The notes: generated by a model not told the origin, from the sequence alone. A stretch of 64,000 bases of DNA from Octopus bimaculoides (GCF_001194135.2 NC_068983.1:151364200-151428199); one strand, 5' to 3'. Positions 11,051 through 24,237 are shown, counted from the stretch's first letter. Program-made: numbers and translations.

Positions 11051-11273
11051 TGTCCACACCCAGCAACTCCATTCCACTGTAACATTTATATATCATCTTA
11101 CAAATATTCATATACGCTAACCTATAGACAGACTATAACGTACTGATAGATAGAGATTCAATCACACAGGCTCATAGTCATTCGTAATACATAAGTTCGT
11201 ACACTGCACACGAACAGCAATGCTGAGTTCAGTACGTCGCATCGCAGTATTCAAAAAATGCTATAGCATATGG

Positions 11274-11432
11274 TGTATTTTAACGTGTGTAAGGAACCCT
11301 TGTTTGTCAAAAATTAGGTTTAAAAAATGGGAGTTTCTTATACATAGATAGTATTATAATCCCTTACAAACCTTTTTTTTTTTAATTTTAAGCCCCCAAA
11401 ATTAAGGGGTTTCTTATACGCGTTAAAATATG

Positions 11433-11434
<2 letters not shown>
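11274..11434. mobile_element. MITE with ~24-bp imperfect TIRs (Tc1/mariner-pogo/Tc2-like)
   Basis: tattttaacgtgtgtaaggaaccc (from 11276) versus rc of ggggtttcttatacgcgttaaaata (to 11430). Superfamily call is inference. Confidence 0.6.
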
Positions 11435-11477
<43 letters not shown>

Positions 11478-12214
11478 CTACTAACTATACAAGCTACAGA
11501 TTTTGGTGTATGAACACTGAATCTTCTAATATCTCGAACGAATGACTACTTAAATATAAAGTGCGTGCTAGAACACTTGATGAAGTAAGCTCCGAAATGA
11601 ATTAATTAAAGAGACACTGTTAGCAATGAAAACGGTAGTTTTGTAAATGGGTAATTCTTGTCAAAACAATAAGGGAAGCAACTGAAAAAGTCAAGGCCAG
11701 CGTATGTTATAGAATGTTTCGTGGTGAAACTGTTTAAGAAGAGAGAAAATATTCTAGTATATTCTGCTAACAAGCAATTCTCCACTCCTCTACGTAGCAG
11801 CTTTCTCCGTTGGCGTTCAGTATACTTGAAGATATGGTCTTCATTGAACATCATGGGTGAACACGGTTATAATTACGTTTAATTTGAGTTGCACTCAAGT
11901 CTCACTCAAACTATATTCAAGTCATCTATATTTTGAAACAAAGCATCAATTCTGCAAAACAAACACACACACTGAATAGTAAGCTGTGGCCATAGGTGTA
12001 TTGGAGGAGGGGTGGTGGTGGTGGTGGTGATGGTGATGGTGTTGCTGTTCGTGGTGGTGGTAGTGTTGGTGGTGGTGGTGGCGGTGGTGGTGGTGGTGGT
12101 AGTGTTGGTGGTGGTGGTGGCAGTGGTGGTGGTAGTAGTAGTGGTTTTGTTGTCTAGCCCTGATTGAAATGACACATGATCGAGCAATGCAAGGAACCCA
12201 TTGTCCAGTGTGAC

Positions 12215-12467
12215 CATGGGCCCGGGAACAGGGGGTGCAGGTGGTGCAAGTGCACCCCCTAGAATTTTTGCGGAGTGCAGAACCAAAATTTGCAGCCCTA
12301 CTTATTTTACTCAGGTTTACAAAACCGTGAATAAAAAAGTGATGTGTAAAAAGTACCTTGAAGTTAGGTTCCTTCTCAAAGAACAAATCACAAAAATAGA
12401 CCAAATTTGTAAAAAATTTTGGACCTGGGTTTGCACTCCCTAAGCAAATTTCGTTCCTGAGCCACTG
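12215..12467. mobile_element. hAT-type MITE (253 bp)
   Basis: TIRs CATGGGCCCGGGAAC / CAGTGGCTCAGGAAC (11/15). Perfect 8-bp TSD AGTGTGAC at 12207-12214 and 12468-12475. Confidence 0.88.
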
Positions 12468-13055
12468 AGTGTGACCGTTTCTAAGATGCGATCTGAGGGA
12501 TATTTGTCCGCTATTTCTAGTAGGACGAGGGACCTTGTACAGACTGTTTTGTTGGCTCGTGATGGTCAGTTGTAAAGGAGATGCTAGTAGAGATAAAAGT
12601 GATAGTATTAATCCTATCAAAGATTGTAGCGATTTTGTTGAAGACGACAGCAAAGACAATGATAATGATTAGCATAAAGAGGATTGCAATGAAGACACTG
12701 ATGATGATGTTGATTATGATGATGATGATGATGATGAAGATGATGATGACGACGACGACGATGACGATGACGACAATAGCCACGAGTTCCATCCTCAAGA
12801 TGGAGCAGCAGTTTCAACGAGCAGCCATATTCTGAACAGTACACAAAACGGCTCCTCTGTCAAACTTTCCGGAGACGTAGTCCTTATGGTATCAAATCTC
12901 AAGTCAACGCCAATCAAAGCCATTCTACTATTTCAACTCGAATTGTAATATTGAACTTTCTGTTAGAAGTGACAATCAAGACGATGACGCCAGTAATAGT
13001 TTTGGTGGGGACCATGACGACAGTAGAAATGACAGTAATTGATGATGATGATGAC

Positions 13056-13103
<48 letters not shown>

Positions 13104-13681
13104 AATAATGATGATGATGATGACAATGAAGATGATGACGACGACGACGACGACGACGACGACGATGCTGCTGCTGCTGCTGATGATGATGATAATCATA
13201 AATGAACGGATAAATGAACAACAGAGCGAAATATCACGCACGTTAGCTGGTGGTAACATGTGAAGAATGGGAAAAATGGAAACACAGGGATGGAGAAAAA
13301 AAAAAAAAAAGATGGAAGAAAAGAGAACGCATCACTAAAAGGACAAATAAATAAATAAATGAATAAATGAATAAATAAATAAATAAATAAATAAAGATGG
13401 TGACATCGTAAAAAACAAAAAAGTGTTTAAAAGAAACACAAAAAAAATAAATAAAAGCAACCACACTTTTGGGATGGAAACTTTTGGTGTTGAAGGAGTA
13501 AAAGAACCAAAACCAAAAAAAAAAAAAAAAAAGAAAACATACCAAGAAAGAGGACAAAAAGATTTAATCTAAGTATTTATTTTGTTGTTTTGTTGTTTGT
13601 ATTTTCTTATTTCATCAAAAGTCAAGTTGAAAACAGATGTGAGTTTAGTTATCATTCAACAGCTAAAACACCCACAGCTCA

Positions 13682-13714
13682 ATATTATTATTATTATTAT
13701 CATCATCATCATGA

Positions 13715-13767
<53 letters not shown>

Positions 13768-13799
13768 ATCATCATCATTATTATTATTATTATTATTAC

Positions 13800-13866
<67 letters not shown>

Positions 13867-13873
13867 ATCATCA

Positions 13874-13941
<68 letters not shown>

Positions 13942-13970
13942 ATCATCATCATTATTATTATTATTATTAC

Positions 13971-14010
<40 letters not shown>

Positions 14011-14020
14011 ATCATCATCA
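13682..14020. repeat. Higher-order compound microsatellite [AAC(ATC)3-4(ATT)n]x4
   Basis: aacatcatcatc at 13765, 13864, 13939 and 14008; ACT variants at 13798 and 13969. Confidence 0.95.
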
Positions 14021-14586
14021 TCGTCCTGTTTGAAGGTTATCGTTGCTATTGTTATTGTTATTGTTATTGTTGTTATTGTTGTTGTTGTTGGTGTTGTTAT
14101 TTTAATTAGCGTTGCTATTGTTGCATCTGGTAATGTTGTTCTCCTTTCAGTTGTTGTTATTGCTGTTGTTGTTGTTGTTGTTGTTGTTGTCATTGTTATT
14201 ACCATTATCTTATCATCTGAAATAAAAGTTTTCCCAGCATTTATTTTAGCTGGTGATGATTTATACTTAATGGGTCTCGCCTTATCAATTTAGAACGCGT
14301 TTGTGAGTTTTTGCGCGTATAGTGTACCTCGNNNNNNNNNNNNNNNNNNNNNNNNNNNNNNNNNNNNNNNNNNNNNNNNNNNNNNNNNNNNNNNNNNNNN
14401 NNNNNTGTGTGTGTATGCAGATGTGTATGTATATGTATGTATATATATAGATTTATGTGTGTATGTGTATATACGTATTTATAAACACACACACACACAC
14501 ATACAAATATATATATATATATATATATATGCATATCTAACATGTATACACACACACATATATGTATATTCATTTGCGTGTGTGTG

Positions 14587-14625
<39 letters not shown>

Positions 14626-15029
14626 ATCTGGCACACATACACACATGTGTATTCATTTATGTATATCTTTATGTGTATGTGTGTGTGTGTATACATACAT
14701 GTATACACCGACAGATAGAGAGACAGACACATATACATATACACACATTGGTACAGGCACAGTAGCACAAATTGATGTCTGTGTAACGATAGTGTAAATG
14801 TTACTTAACCCTCCAGAGATTTCTACAGATTGAGGGCCACGAAGCATCTGACATTCATACACTTATTGTATAAATAAGAATACAACATCAATAACAATTT
14901 GACGATGACGACGAAGCCAGCGACCACAACGCCGATGACGCTGACGATGTTGATGAAATGGGAAAGAAAAGCTGCAAGAACGACAGGACCAGGGAAGGGA
15001 GCCTCTTGATCAAAGACGGTGAACAGAGC

Positions 15030-15071
<42 letters not shown>

Positions 15072-15895
15072 CGACGATGACAATGATGATGATGAGGATG
15101 ATGATGAACAACAGCAACAACAACAGCAATTCTAGAGAGCAAAAAGCATCAGCAATCCTCTTGACGAAAGAGAGAAATTAAGAAAGCTTTTGGTAGGGCG
15201 ATACAATATCATCAAACCATCGTATGGAGCCATTAGTATACTCAGCTTCCTATCTTTGCGTATCTTGATGGGATTACGTATGGGAGGGAATTCCCTCTAT
15301 CACACATACTTGTATATATATATATATATNNNNNNNNNNNNNNNNNNNNNNNNNNNNNNNNNNNNNNNNNNNNNNNNNNNNNNNNNNNNNNNNNNNNNNN
15401 NNNNNNNNNNNNNNNNNNNNNNNNNNNNNNNNNNNNNNNNNNNNNNNNNNNNNNNNNNNNNNNNNNNNNNNNNNNNNNNNNNNNNNNNNNNNNNNNNNNN
15501 NNNNNNNNNNNNNNNNNNNNNNNNNNNNNNNNNNNNNNNNNNNNNNNNNNNNNNNNNNNNNNNNNNNNNNNNNNNNNNNNNNNNNNNNNNNNNNNNNNNN
15601 NNNNNNNNNNNNNNNNNNNNNNNNNNNNNNNNNNNNNNNNNNNNNNNNNNNNNNNNNNNNNNNNNNNNNNNNNNNNNNNNNNNNNNNNNNNNNNNNNNNN
15701 NNNNNNNNNNNNNNNNNNNNNNNNNNNNNNNNNNNNNNNNNNNNNNNNNNNNNNNNNNNNNNNNNNNNNNNNNNNNNNNNNNNNNNNNNNNNNNNNNNNN
15801 NNNNNNNNNNNNNNNNNNNNNNNNNNNNNNNNNNNNNNNNNNNNNNNNNNNNNNNNNNNNNNNNNNNNNNNNNNNNNNNNNNNNNAGAGAGAGAG

Positions 15896-15935
<40 letters not shown>

Positions 15936-16155
15936 GTGTATTTGTGTGCGTGTGTGTGTGTGTGTGATGAGAGAAAAGAACGTGGGTTTGTACTTGGTAT
16001 TCCATTATTGGTGTGCTGTTCCTATCACATTGTAACCCTCCTCAGGTCGCATAGAACCTTTTGGGATAACACAGCCACAGGGAGTTTAATGTGATTAACG
16101 ATAAGAACCGAAACATGAACGATAAAATTGTCGCGCATTGAACGCATCTACTCGC

Positions 16156-16156
<1 letters not shown>

Positions 16157-16234
<78 letters not shown>
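16157..16234. repeat. (GT)n microsatellite
   Basis: Perfect run. Confidence 0.98.
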
Positions 16235-16236
<2 letters not shown>

Positions 16237-17730
16237 TCATATATTCTCGAATTAGTGACTTCTTTTTTGTAAGCCACTTAGTACAAATCCGAATTGAATT
16301 ATCTAAATCTGTCATTGTCTCACTTGAGTTATTTCCCTTAGCTCTCTCTTCATAATCATGCTTCTAAAATATCTTCATTCGTTGATCGAGCAGGTTTGAG
16401 AAGACTATCTTTCACTGACGTTGTCCTGTAAAGTGAAAACGTGTGTTACTGTGACCTTCACGGCTAACGACTATTAGATTTATTCCCCTTACGGATGTCA
16501 ACTGAATTTACAGAAATTAATTCCAGGTTTCTTGGAATTATGCTCCCTTTAACACAGCTGAAAGTTTACAATTGCTATAAGGATTTTTCTTTGGAAACTT
16601 TCTTTGATTAAGAAGCAAATTTTAATCAAGAATTGTTCTGCATGCGTCATTTAGTACATTTTTTCTTACTTATATGCTTATACTTAAGTATGTTCATCTC
16701 TCTGCCTCCTCCTCCTCACTTCTCTGTCTCTCACTCTAAATATACGCTAATCTCCAGTAGTACACGATGTAACTATGCTAGCAAAGGCATGTCATCATAA
16801 ACAGTGCTTCTCCTAGGTGGCTATGAGTGAGTCACCGTTCGGTTGCTGGACATACAAGATATGAAAGCTAATTATCCTTCAAAATCGCATGCAATTAAAG
16901 TAAATATGGAACCAGACATTGGATAATAAATTCCTGTATGCATTATGTCGGAGAAAAGCGTTGTTTTGTCATGGTTGGACTGCCTTGCATCACTGATCTT
17001 ATATCAGAAGTTATCTTGAGCAAAACAAAAATGGCATAGCTTTAAATATGGTGAGTAGTGTAATTGGCATCCGTACTGCCATCGTAAATATCAATACCAT
17101 TATCATGATGGCTAGTACTTAACAGCAACTTCAGCAATTAATACTAATATTTAAACACGATCACTGTGGTCATAACACCTACATTAACTCCATGGACAAC
17201 AGCGTGTCAGTTACAAACATTGCTGTCATAAGCAATGTTGCCAGCAACAACAGTAGAGCTAATGAAGTTGTCACTACTCAGTCTGCTCGAACTGTTAGAG
17301 AGAGTAGACAAATTTTCCTTAGCAGCGACAATACGTTGGATAATGTGAATACTGGGTTTCTTGCAGATAGGAAAATGGCGGGACACCATTAATCGTAGAT
17401 CTACTCAATCTGGTCTCATCCGGGGTGAAACATAACTAATAATAGCATGAACATTATATTGTCATAACAATAAAATTATCTTCATAATCAGGCATAGACA
17501 ACAATTACATTGTCGCAAATGACAATAATGTTATCAGGAGAGAAAGTAGGACAACATCAGAAATATTGTCATAAGTACTATCAGAACAACATGACTACAG
17601 TCTATGGTTACAGTCTATGAAATCATCATAAACAACAATCTTATATTTATGTTCTCGGCGTTGATAACGGTATACAATCATCATAAAAGACGGTTGTCAT
17701 CTTCATAATGATCACTCACACATTATAATT

Positions 17731-17870
17731 CGGATCTTTACATCCTGAGTTCAAATCCTGCAGAGGCTAACTTTTCTTTTCATCTTTTCTATGTCTTTAT
17801 CATTAATGTAGTAGTTCGATGATATCGACTGTCTCCTCCCCTCAAAACCGCTGAACTTATGTCTAAATTA
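17731..17870 (+). mobile_element. Diverged SINE-C fragment
   Basis: tctttacatcctgagttcaaatcctgcagagg...tcgact..ctcccctcaaa. Confidence 0.6.
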
Positions 17871-18516
17871 AACTATGCACAGTATCCTTGAAGATCAAAA
17901 TATTTACTACGAGCCAAAAAGGAAGCGTTTATGTCCTACTGTCATAAGAAAAGGAACGCTGGATAATTTTGTTCCCTATTCCCAACGAATTTGACAGAAA
18001 AATGTACTAGTGTTTCTTTGATCGTATTGCGATTGGCCAAGGGGTAACCAACCACAGTAACATGTTAGCAGTTATCATTTCAAAGTATAATAGAAAACCT
18101 CAAATTTGTTTTTGTAAGTTAATTATCGTAACGGTATTAACATCATACATATCGTTGGTACCATAATAATGACCGCAATCATGAGCTTTTCCAATAACCA
18201 GCACAGCGATTACCACTTCCATCAGCATCATAATACTCCTCATAGCTACATATTGTTCAAGCTATTAATATCATCCATTTCATTTCAAATATCGCATGCC
18301 ATTGTCATAAATCTCAACATTTCTGCGAAGGCCATGAACACAACCTCTTCTCCCAAACTAAAACACTAAAAGGTATGTAAATATTTTGATCATAAACACA
18401 ATAAACATAAATACGCTACTCTCGTCATAAGCACTAGCTTTAATGACGAAACTGTCAATACTAATGCTATGACATCAATACTTGAGTTGGAAATAACGTC
18501 TAGTTTGCTGTCTCAA

Positions 18517-18735
18517 ATATCCTTTCTAATATAGGCACAAGACCTGAAATTTGGTGAGGAGGGGGTCAGTCAATTACATCAACCACAGTACTCAACTGGT
18601 ACTTATTTTATCGACCCCGAAAGAATGAAAAGCAAAGCCGATCTCGGCGGAATTTGTATTCAGAACGTAAAGACGGACGAAATGCTGCTAAGCATTTCTC
18701 TCGGCTTGCTAACGAATCCGCCCAGGTCAGCGCTT
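18517..18735 (-). mobile_element. SINE-C, near full length, C1 tail
   Basis: ataggcacaagacctgaaattt...ggcggaatttgtattcagaacgtaaagacggacgaaatgctgctaagc. Confidence 0.9.
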
Positions 18736-19224
18736 TTCACTCTCTTAAATATGAATGTTAATATCATAACCTTAAAAGAATATCCAAAATAACCCATTCG
18801 TTCTCTGACGGCATCTTGGCTTACCAACGATACCAAATTTCACTGGTCACATAATCTCGTGTACATAAACGTAGCAAACATCTTAGAGAAAAAGAAAAAA
18901 AGTCGCATGATGTCATTTTGTGATTGTATTCAACCAACCAAACCACTTCATTTTGGCGCGGATCACTTTTGCAAGCTGATCATTTTGAGCCATATGTAGC
19001 TCATATAAAACAACATGGTTTTCCGTGGCTAATCAGGGTTTGTCGTAGGAACGCCCGACTTCTTGCCGTGAAACACGTTTCTTCGCACACACACTTTCTC
19101 ACCCTTTATCATTCTCTCTAGCCCTCTCACATTCAAATATGAAGAAAACACTTTTACTAATAAAATACCGACCGGCTTGAGACCGTAAAAGACACAGATA
19201 TATATATATATATANNNNNNNNNN

Positions 19225-19348
19225 GAAAGGTGGTGTAAACAACAAATGGATGTATTAGTATAACGCTCGGGAATAGAGAAAGTCTTTAACGTTTCGAGCC
19301 TACGCTCTTCAACAGAAAGAAACAAGGAGAGGAACAAGGAGAGAAAAA
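19225..19348 (-). mobile_element. Penelope-like element terminal-repeat fragment
   Basis: Carries the PLE-type minimal hammerhead signature. Left edge is lost in a 10-N gap. Confidence 0.6.
19283..19320 (-). ncRNA. Minimal type I hammerhead ribozyme-like motif (variant core)
   Basis: UCUUU-CUGUUGA-A-GAGC(GUAG)GCUC-GAAAC-GUU-AAAGA: stem I 5 bp, stem II 4 bp, palindromic AACGUU stem III. Core differs from CUGANGA at one position. Confidence 0.65.
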
Positions 19349-19377
19349 AATATGTGTAGTGGTCAGCGATCTATATA

Positions 19378-19413
<36 letters not shown>

Positions 19414-19921
19414 TGTATGTATACCTTCTGACAGTCACTATATGAAAACAACAATATTTCGTCATTTCTTATGAATAGAATAGTTGCAGGATAAATTCCA
19501 CGCAATGTGAACATTTTAGTTCTTACAAATTAATAAATATATTTTTTCTTTACTTTCTCTCTCTTTTCTATTACACGCACGCACACTCAGGCATGCAAGC
19601 CTGTGTGTGTGCCTGGCTGTGTGTATGTGTATGTGTGTGTGTGTGTGCGTGTGTGTGTGTACGTACATTGGCCAGTTTCTTTTCAGAAAAGACGCACCAA
19701 AACTTTTTAATTCTCTGAAAAAGAACTTAGTACGAAACATCCGAAATTTCCCTCAAAACAACATGAAATTTACTTACACTCACTCACCCCACAAATACAC
19801 ACACAAACACACACACACACACACATACACACGCGCGCGCACTTACACACGCAAGCGCATCTATATGTTATTCATATGTATATATGTTATAAATATTATG
19901 CGTTGTATGTATGTATATCTG

Positions 19922-19965
<44 letters not shown>

Positions 19966-20580
19966 CATATATATATATAAATGTATATATNNNNNNNNNN
20001 NNNNNNNNNNNNNNNNNNNNNNNNNNNNNNNNNNNNNNNNNNNNNNNNNNNNNNNNNNNNNNNNNNNNNNNNNNNNNNNNNNNNNNNNNNNNNNNNNNNN
20101 NNNNNNNNNNNNNNNNNNNNNNNNNNNNNNNNNNNNNNNNNNNNNNNNNNNNNNNNNNNNNNNNNNNNNNNNNNNNNNNNNNNNNNNNNNNNNNNNNNNN
20201 NNNNNNNNNNNNNNNNNNNNNNNNNNNNNNNNNNNNNNNNNNNNNNNNNNNNNNNNNNNNNNNNNNNNNNNNNNNNNNNNNNNNNNNNNNNNNNNNNNNN
20301 NNNNNNNNNNNNNNNNNNNNNNNNNNNNNNNNNNNNNNNNNNNNNNNNNNNNNNNNNNNNNNNNNNNNNNNNNNNNNNNNNNNNNNNNNNNNNNNNNNNN
20401 NNNNNNNNNNNNNNNNNNNNNNNNNNNNNNNNNNNNNNNNNNNNNNNNNNNNNNNNNNNNNNNNNNNNNNNNNNNTATATATATACATATATATATATAT
20501 ATATTATATACACATGTACTTATTTTTAATATACATAAAATATATGTACGCATATATGTACGTGTGTGAATATTTATATG

Positions 20581-20642
<62 letters not shown>

Positions 20643-21152
20643 TTTGTGAGTGATTGTATATACGCGTGTTTCGTCGTTTGTGTCTCTGTTTATATATGTA
20701 CGTCTGTTTCTTTGTCTAGGTATCAGTTTGCACGTTGACTATGCCAGTATGCGAATATAAAGAGTACATAACCCATGCGTGTTCAGCCAATAATAGACGT
20801 CAATTCTTTTATATAAAACATGATGGATGCCTTTCTCTTTGGAAACAGATTTCTGCCAAATCTGAACTTCAACACCAACATTACTCCCCACCCTTCCGCG
20901 CCACCACCACCACCACCACCAGCACTACAACAATAACAACGTAAACGACAGTAACGTTTCACAACCACACCATCTTGTAATCACGACCAGCAGCAACAGC
21001 AGCAGCAGCAGCACCACCACCACTACCACCACCACTACCACTACCACCACCACCACTGCCACCACCATCACAACAACAACAGCAACGATAACGGAAAACC
21101 CAAAACTATGACGATCAAAATTACCACTTGCTGTATGTAGCANNNNNNNNNN

Positions 21153-21210
<58 letters not shown>

Positions 21211-21338
21211 AACTAGCACTACCACTTCTACTTCTACTACTGCTGCCGCCACTACTACTCTACTCCAAAATCTACTACTACCACCACCACCACTACAGAA
21301 ATAATCCTGAAAAGAGTGCTTCTTGAATTCTACTTTCT

Positions 21339-21394
21339 TTCTTCTTCTTCTTCTTCTTCTTCTTCTTCTTCTTCTTCTTCTTCTTCTTCTTCTT

Positions 21395-21445
<51 letters not shown>
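21339..21445. repeat. (CTT)n(CTA)n compound microsatellite within a ~1.1-kb degenerate trinucleotide domain (20860-22000)
   Basis: Visible repeats. Confidence 0.95.
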
Positions 21446-22060
21446 TTACAATTACCAACAAAATTAATACGAAAACTAACAATACTGCCACTAGCACTAC
21501 CGCAAACACCTCCACTACCACCAACACTACTAAGTATACCAACACAGTTACAACAACCAACACCACCATTACTGACACCAGCACCATTTCTACAACCTCC
21601 TTCAACATCACCACCACCACCAACAGCAACAACTCCCCCACACCACTGTCTATACCATCAGCGTTATCACCCCCTCTACTCGTGCCATTCCCACCAACAC
21701 AGCGGCACCATAATTTACTGTCTTCACTACAGCATCTATTACAAACATTTCTATACCACCACCACCACCACCACCGTTACCACTACCGTCATACTACTAC
21801 TACTACTACTACTACAACCAACACCATTCTGCAACCACCTCCACTACCACAAGTACTTCCACCATCACCATTGCCAGCGCCACCGCATCAGCCACTTCCG
21901 TCGCCGCTGCCGCCACTCTATCCACCAAACCTATTCCTTCTGCCCCCCCCCCTCCAACAATCCCACCATCACCACCAGAAACCTTTAAGATACTGTCACA
22001 TAATTTCTTTTATTATTTGTTCAATCTTTAATTGTGTTGTTTCTTCATATATTCTCACTG

Positions 22061-22127
<67 letters not shown>

Positions 22128-22477
22128 CTCTCTCTCTCTCTCTCTCCCTTTCTCTCAATGTCTTCTCTTCTCTGGCTATTTCTTCCCTTTCTTTGTTTAT
22201 TTAGTCTCAAGTACTACAGCGTAAATCATAATTTAAACGCCAACAATGTCAGTCGAAACGATGATGATGGTGATGATGATGACGCTGATGATGATGATGG
22301 TGATGATGATGGTGGTGGTGATGATGATGGTGGTGGTGGTGGTGGTGGTGGTAGTGGTGATTAGGTAGGGACAGGCAAAATATGATGGTAAAGGCGACCG
22401 CGATAGAGAAGAGCATCATCACTATTATAATGATTGCAATGAAGTGAGACAAACAACAACCACAACAACAACAGCAC

Positions 22478-23738
22478 TAATAATCCATTCTACTACAAGC
22501 GAAAAGCCTGAAATTTGAGGGGAGGGGGACTGGCCAATTACACCGACCTCAGTGCTTAACTGGTACTCATTTTATCGCCCCACCCCCCACCCACGAAATG
22601 ATGAAAAGCTAAGACGACCTCGGTTGCAAATGAACCCAAGACGAAAAAACGAACGAAAATGCCGTTAAGATTTTTGTCCGGCGTGCTAACCATCCAGCCA
22701 TTTCGCCGCCTGAACAATAACTGGCACAAGACCAGCAATTTCAGGTAAGGGTAGTTTTGGGGACAGGAGATAAGTCGATTACATTGACCCCCAGTGTTCA
22801 ACTGGTACTTATTTTATCGACCCCGAAAGGATGAAATGTAAAGTCGACCTTGGCGGAATTTTTAGAGGCAGGCGAAATAGCGCTAAGCATTTTTGCCCGG
22901 CCTGCTAACGATTCTGCCAGCTCGCCGCCTTAATAAAAATAATAGTAAAGGCACAAGTCCTGAAATTTGGGGGAGGGGAGTTCTCGATTACATCGACGTC
23001 AGTACTCGACTGGTACTTATTTTATCGATCCCGAATGGATGAAAGGCAAAGTTGATCACGGTGGAATTTGAACTCAGAACGTAGCGACGGGCGAAATACT
23101 GCTAAGCATTTCGTTCAGCATGTTAACTATTCTGACAGCTCGCCGCCTTATATTATAATGATAATAATAATAATCTTTTCTGCTGGAGGCACAAGGCCTG
23201 CAATTTTGGAGGAGGGGGATAGTCGATTGCATCGACACCAGTGTTTCACAGCTACTTAATTTACTGACCCCGAAAGGATGAAAGGCAAAGTCAACTTCGC
23301 TGGAATTTGAACTCAGAACGTTGCAGTAGACGATTCTGCCTGCTCCCCACCTTAGATAACAATGATAATAATAATTCTTTCTACTATAAGCACAAAGACC
23401 TGAAATCTGGTGGGAGGTGACCAGTCAGTTAGATCGACCCTAGTACGCAACTGGTATTTAATTTATCGACCTCGAAAGGTAAAGTCGACTTCGGCGGAAT
23501 TTGAACTCAGAACGTAAAGACGGACGAAATACCACTAAGCATTTTACCCGCCGTGCTAACGTTTCTTATTTCTTTATTGCCCACAAGGGGCTAAAAATAG
23601 AGGGGACAAACAAGGACAGACAAAGGGATTAAGTCGATTAGATCGACACCAATGCGTAACTGGTACTTAATTTATCAACCCCGAAAGTATGAAAGGCAAA
23701 GTCGACCTCGGCGGAATTTGAACTCAGAACGTAGCGGC
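22478..23738 (-). mobile_element. Head-to-tail array of six SINE-C copies (about 22478-22711, 22722-22932, 22949-23150, 23170-23354, 23371-23564, 23565-23738)
   Basis: Repeated ggcacaag...tttatcgaccccgaaagg...ggcggaatttgaactcagaacg...ctcgccgcct units, all on the same strand, separated by AAT-rich linkers. The last copy has the C2 tail and runs into a gap. Confidence 0.92.
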
Positions 23739-24176
23739 NNNNNNNNNNNNNNNNNNNNNNNNNNNNNNNNNNNNNNNNNNNNNNNNNNNNNNNNNNNNNN
23801 NNNNNNNNNNNNNNNNNNNNNNNNNNNNNNNNNNNNNNNNNNNNNNNNNNNNNNNNNNNNNNGTGGTGGTGGTGGTGGTGGTGGTGGTGGTGGTGGTGGT
23901 GGGATGATGAGTGATAATGATGGTGTTGGTGTAGTTGTTGTTGTTGTTGTTGTTATTGGTGTTGGTGAAGATAGACACTGATAATACTGTTGCTGATAGC
24001 CTTAATATTAAAAGCCTGCACCGGCCGTAGATCACGTTGAATTTGACAGCTTGCCACGCACAGCCAACCACTTACACACACAAGTGCTCACACACTTGCA
24101 GACAGACATTCCTTCAAACACCACATACACAAGCAAACTCACAAACAAAAAAGCATATATCTTAATCAACATTAAG

Positions 24177-24187
24177 TATCATCAACC

Positions 24188-24237
<50 letters not shown>

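Noticed and set aside
16240-16410. Minus-strand acceptor(s) with protein-like frames (TTSVKDSLLKPARSTNEDILEA*; KHDYEE...SIRICTKWL)
   Set aside because: No recognisable homology and no convincing donor before the frame runs into an SSR.
18951-18960. E2F-like TTTTGGCGCG
   Set aside because: A single short motif, expected by chance in 64 kb.
21316-22224. 302-aa gap-free ORF rich in S/T/P/H
   Set aside because: It is built from (CTT)n, (CTA)n, (CAC)n and (CA)n; stop-free frames are expected in such repeats.
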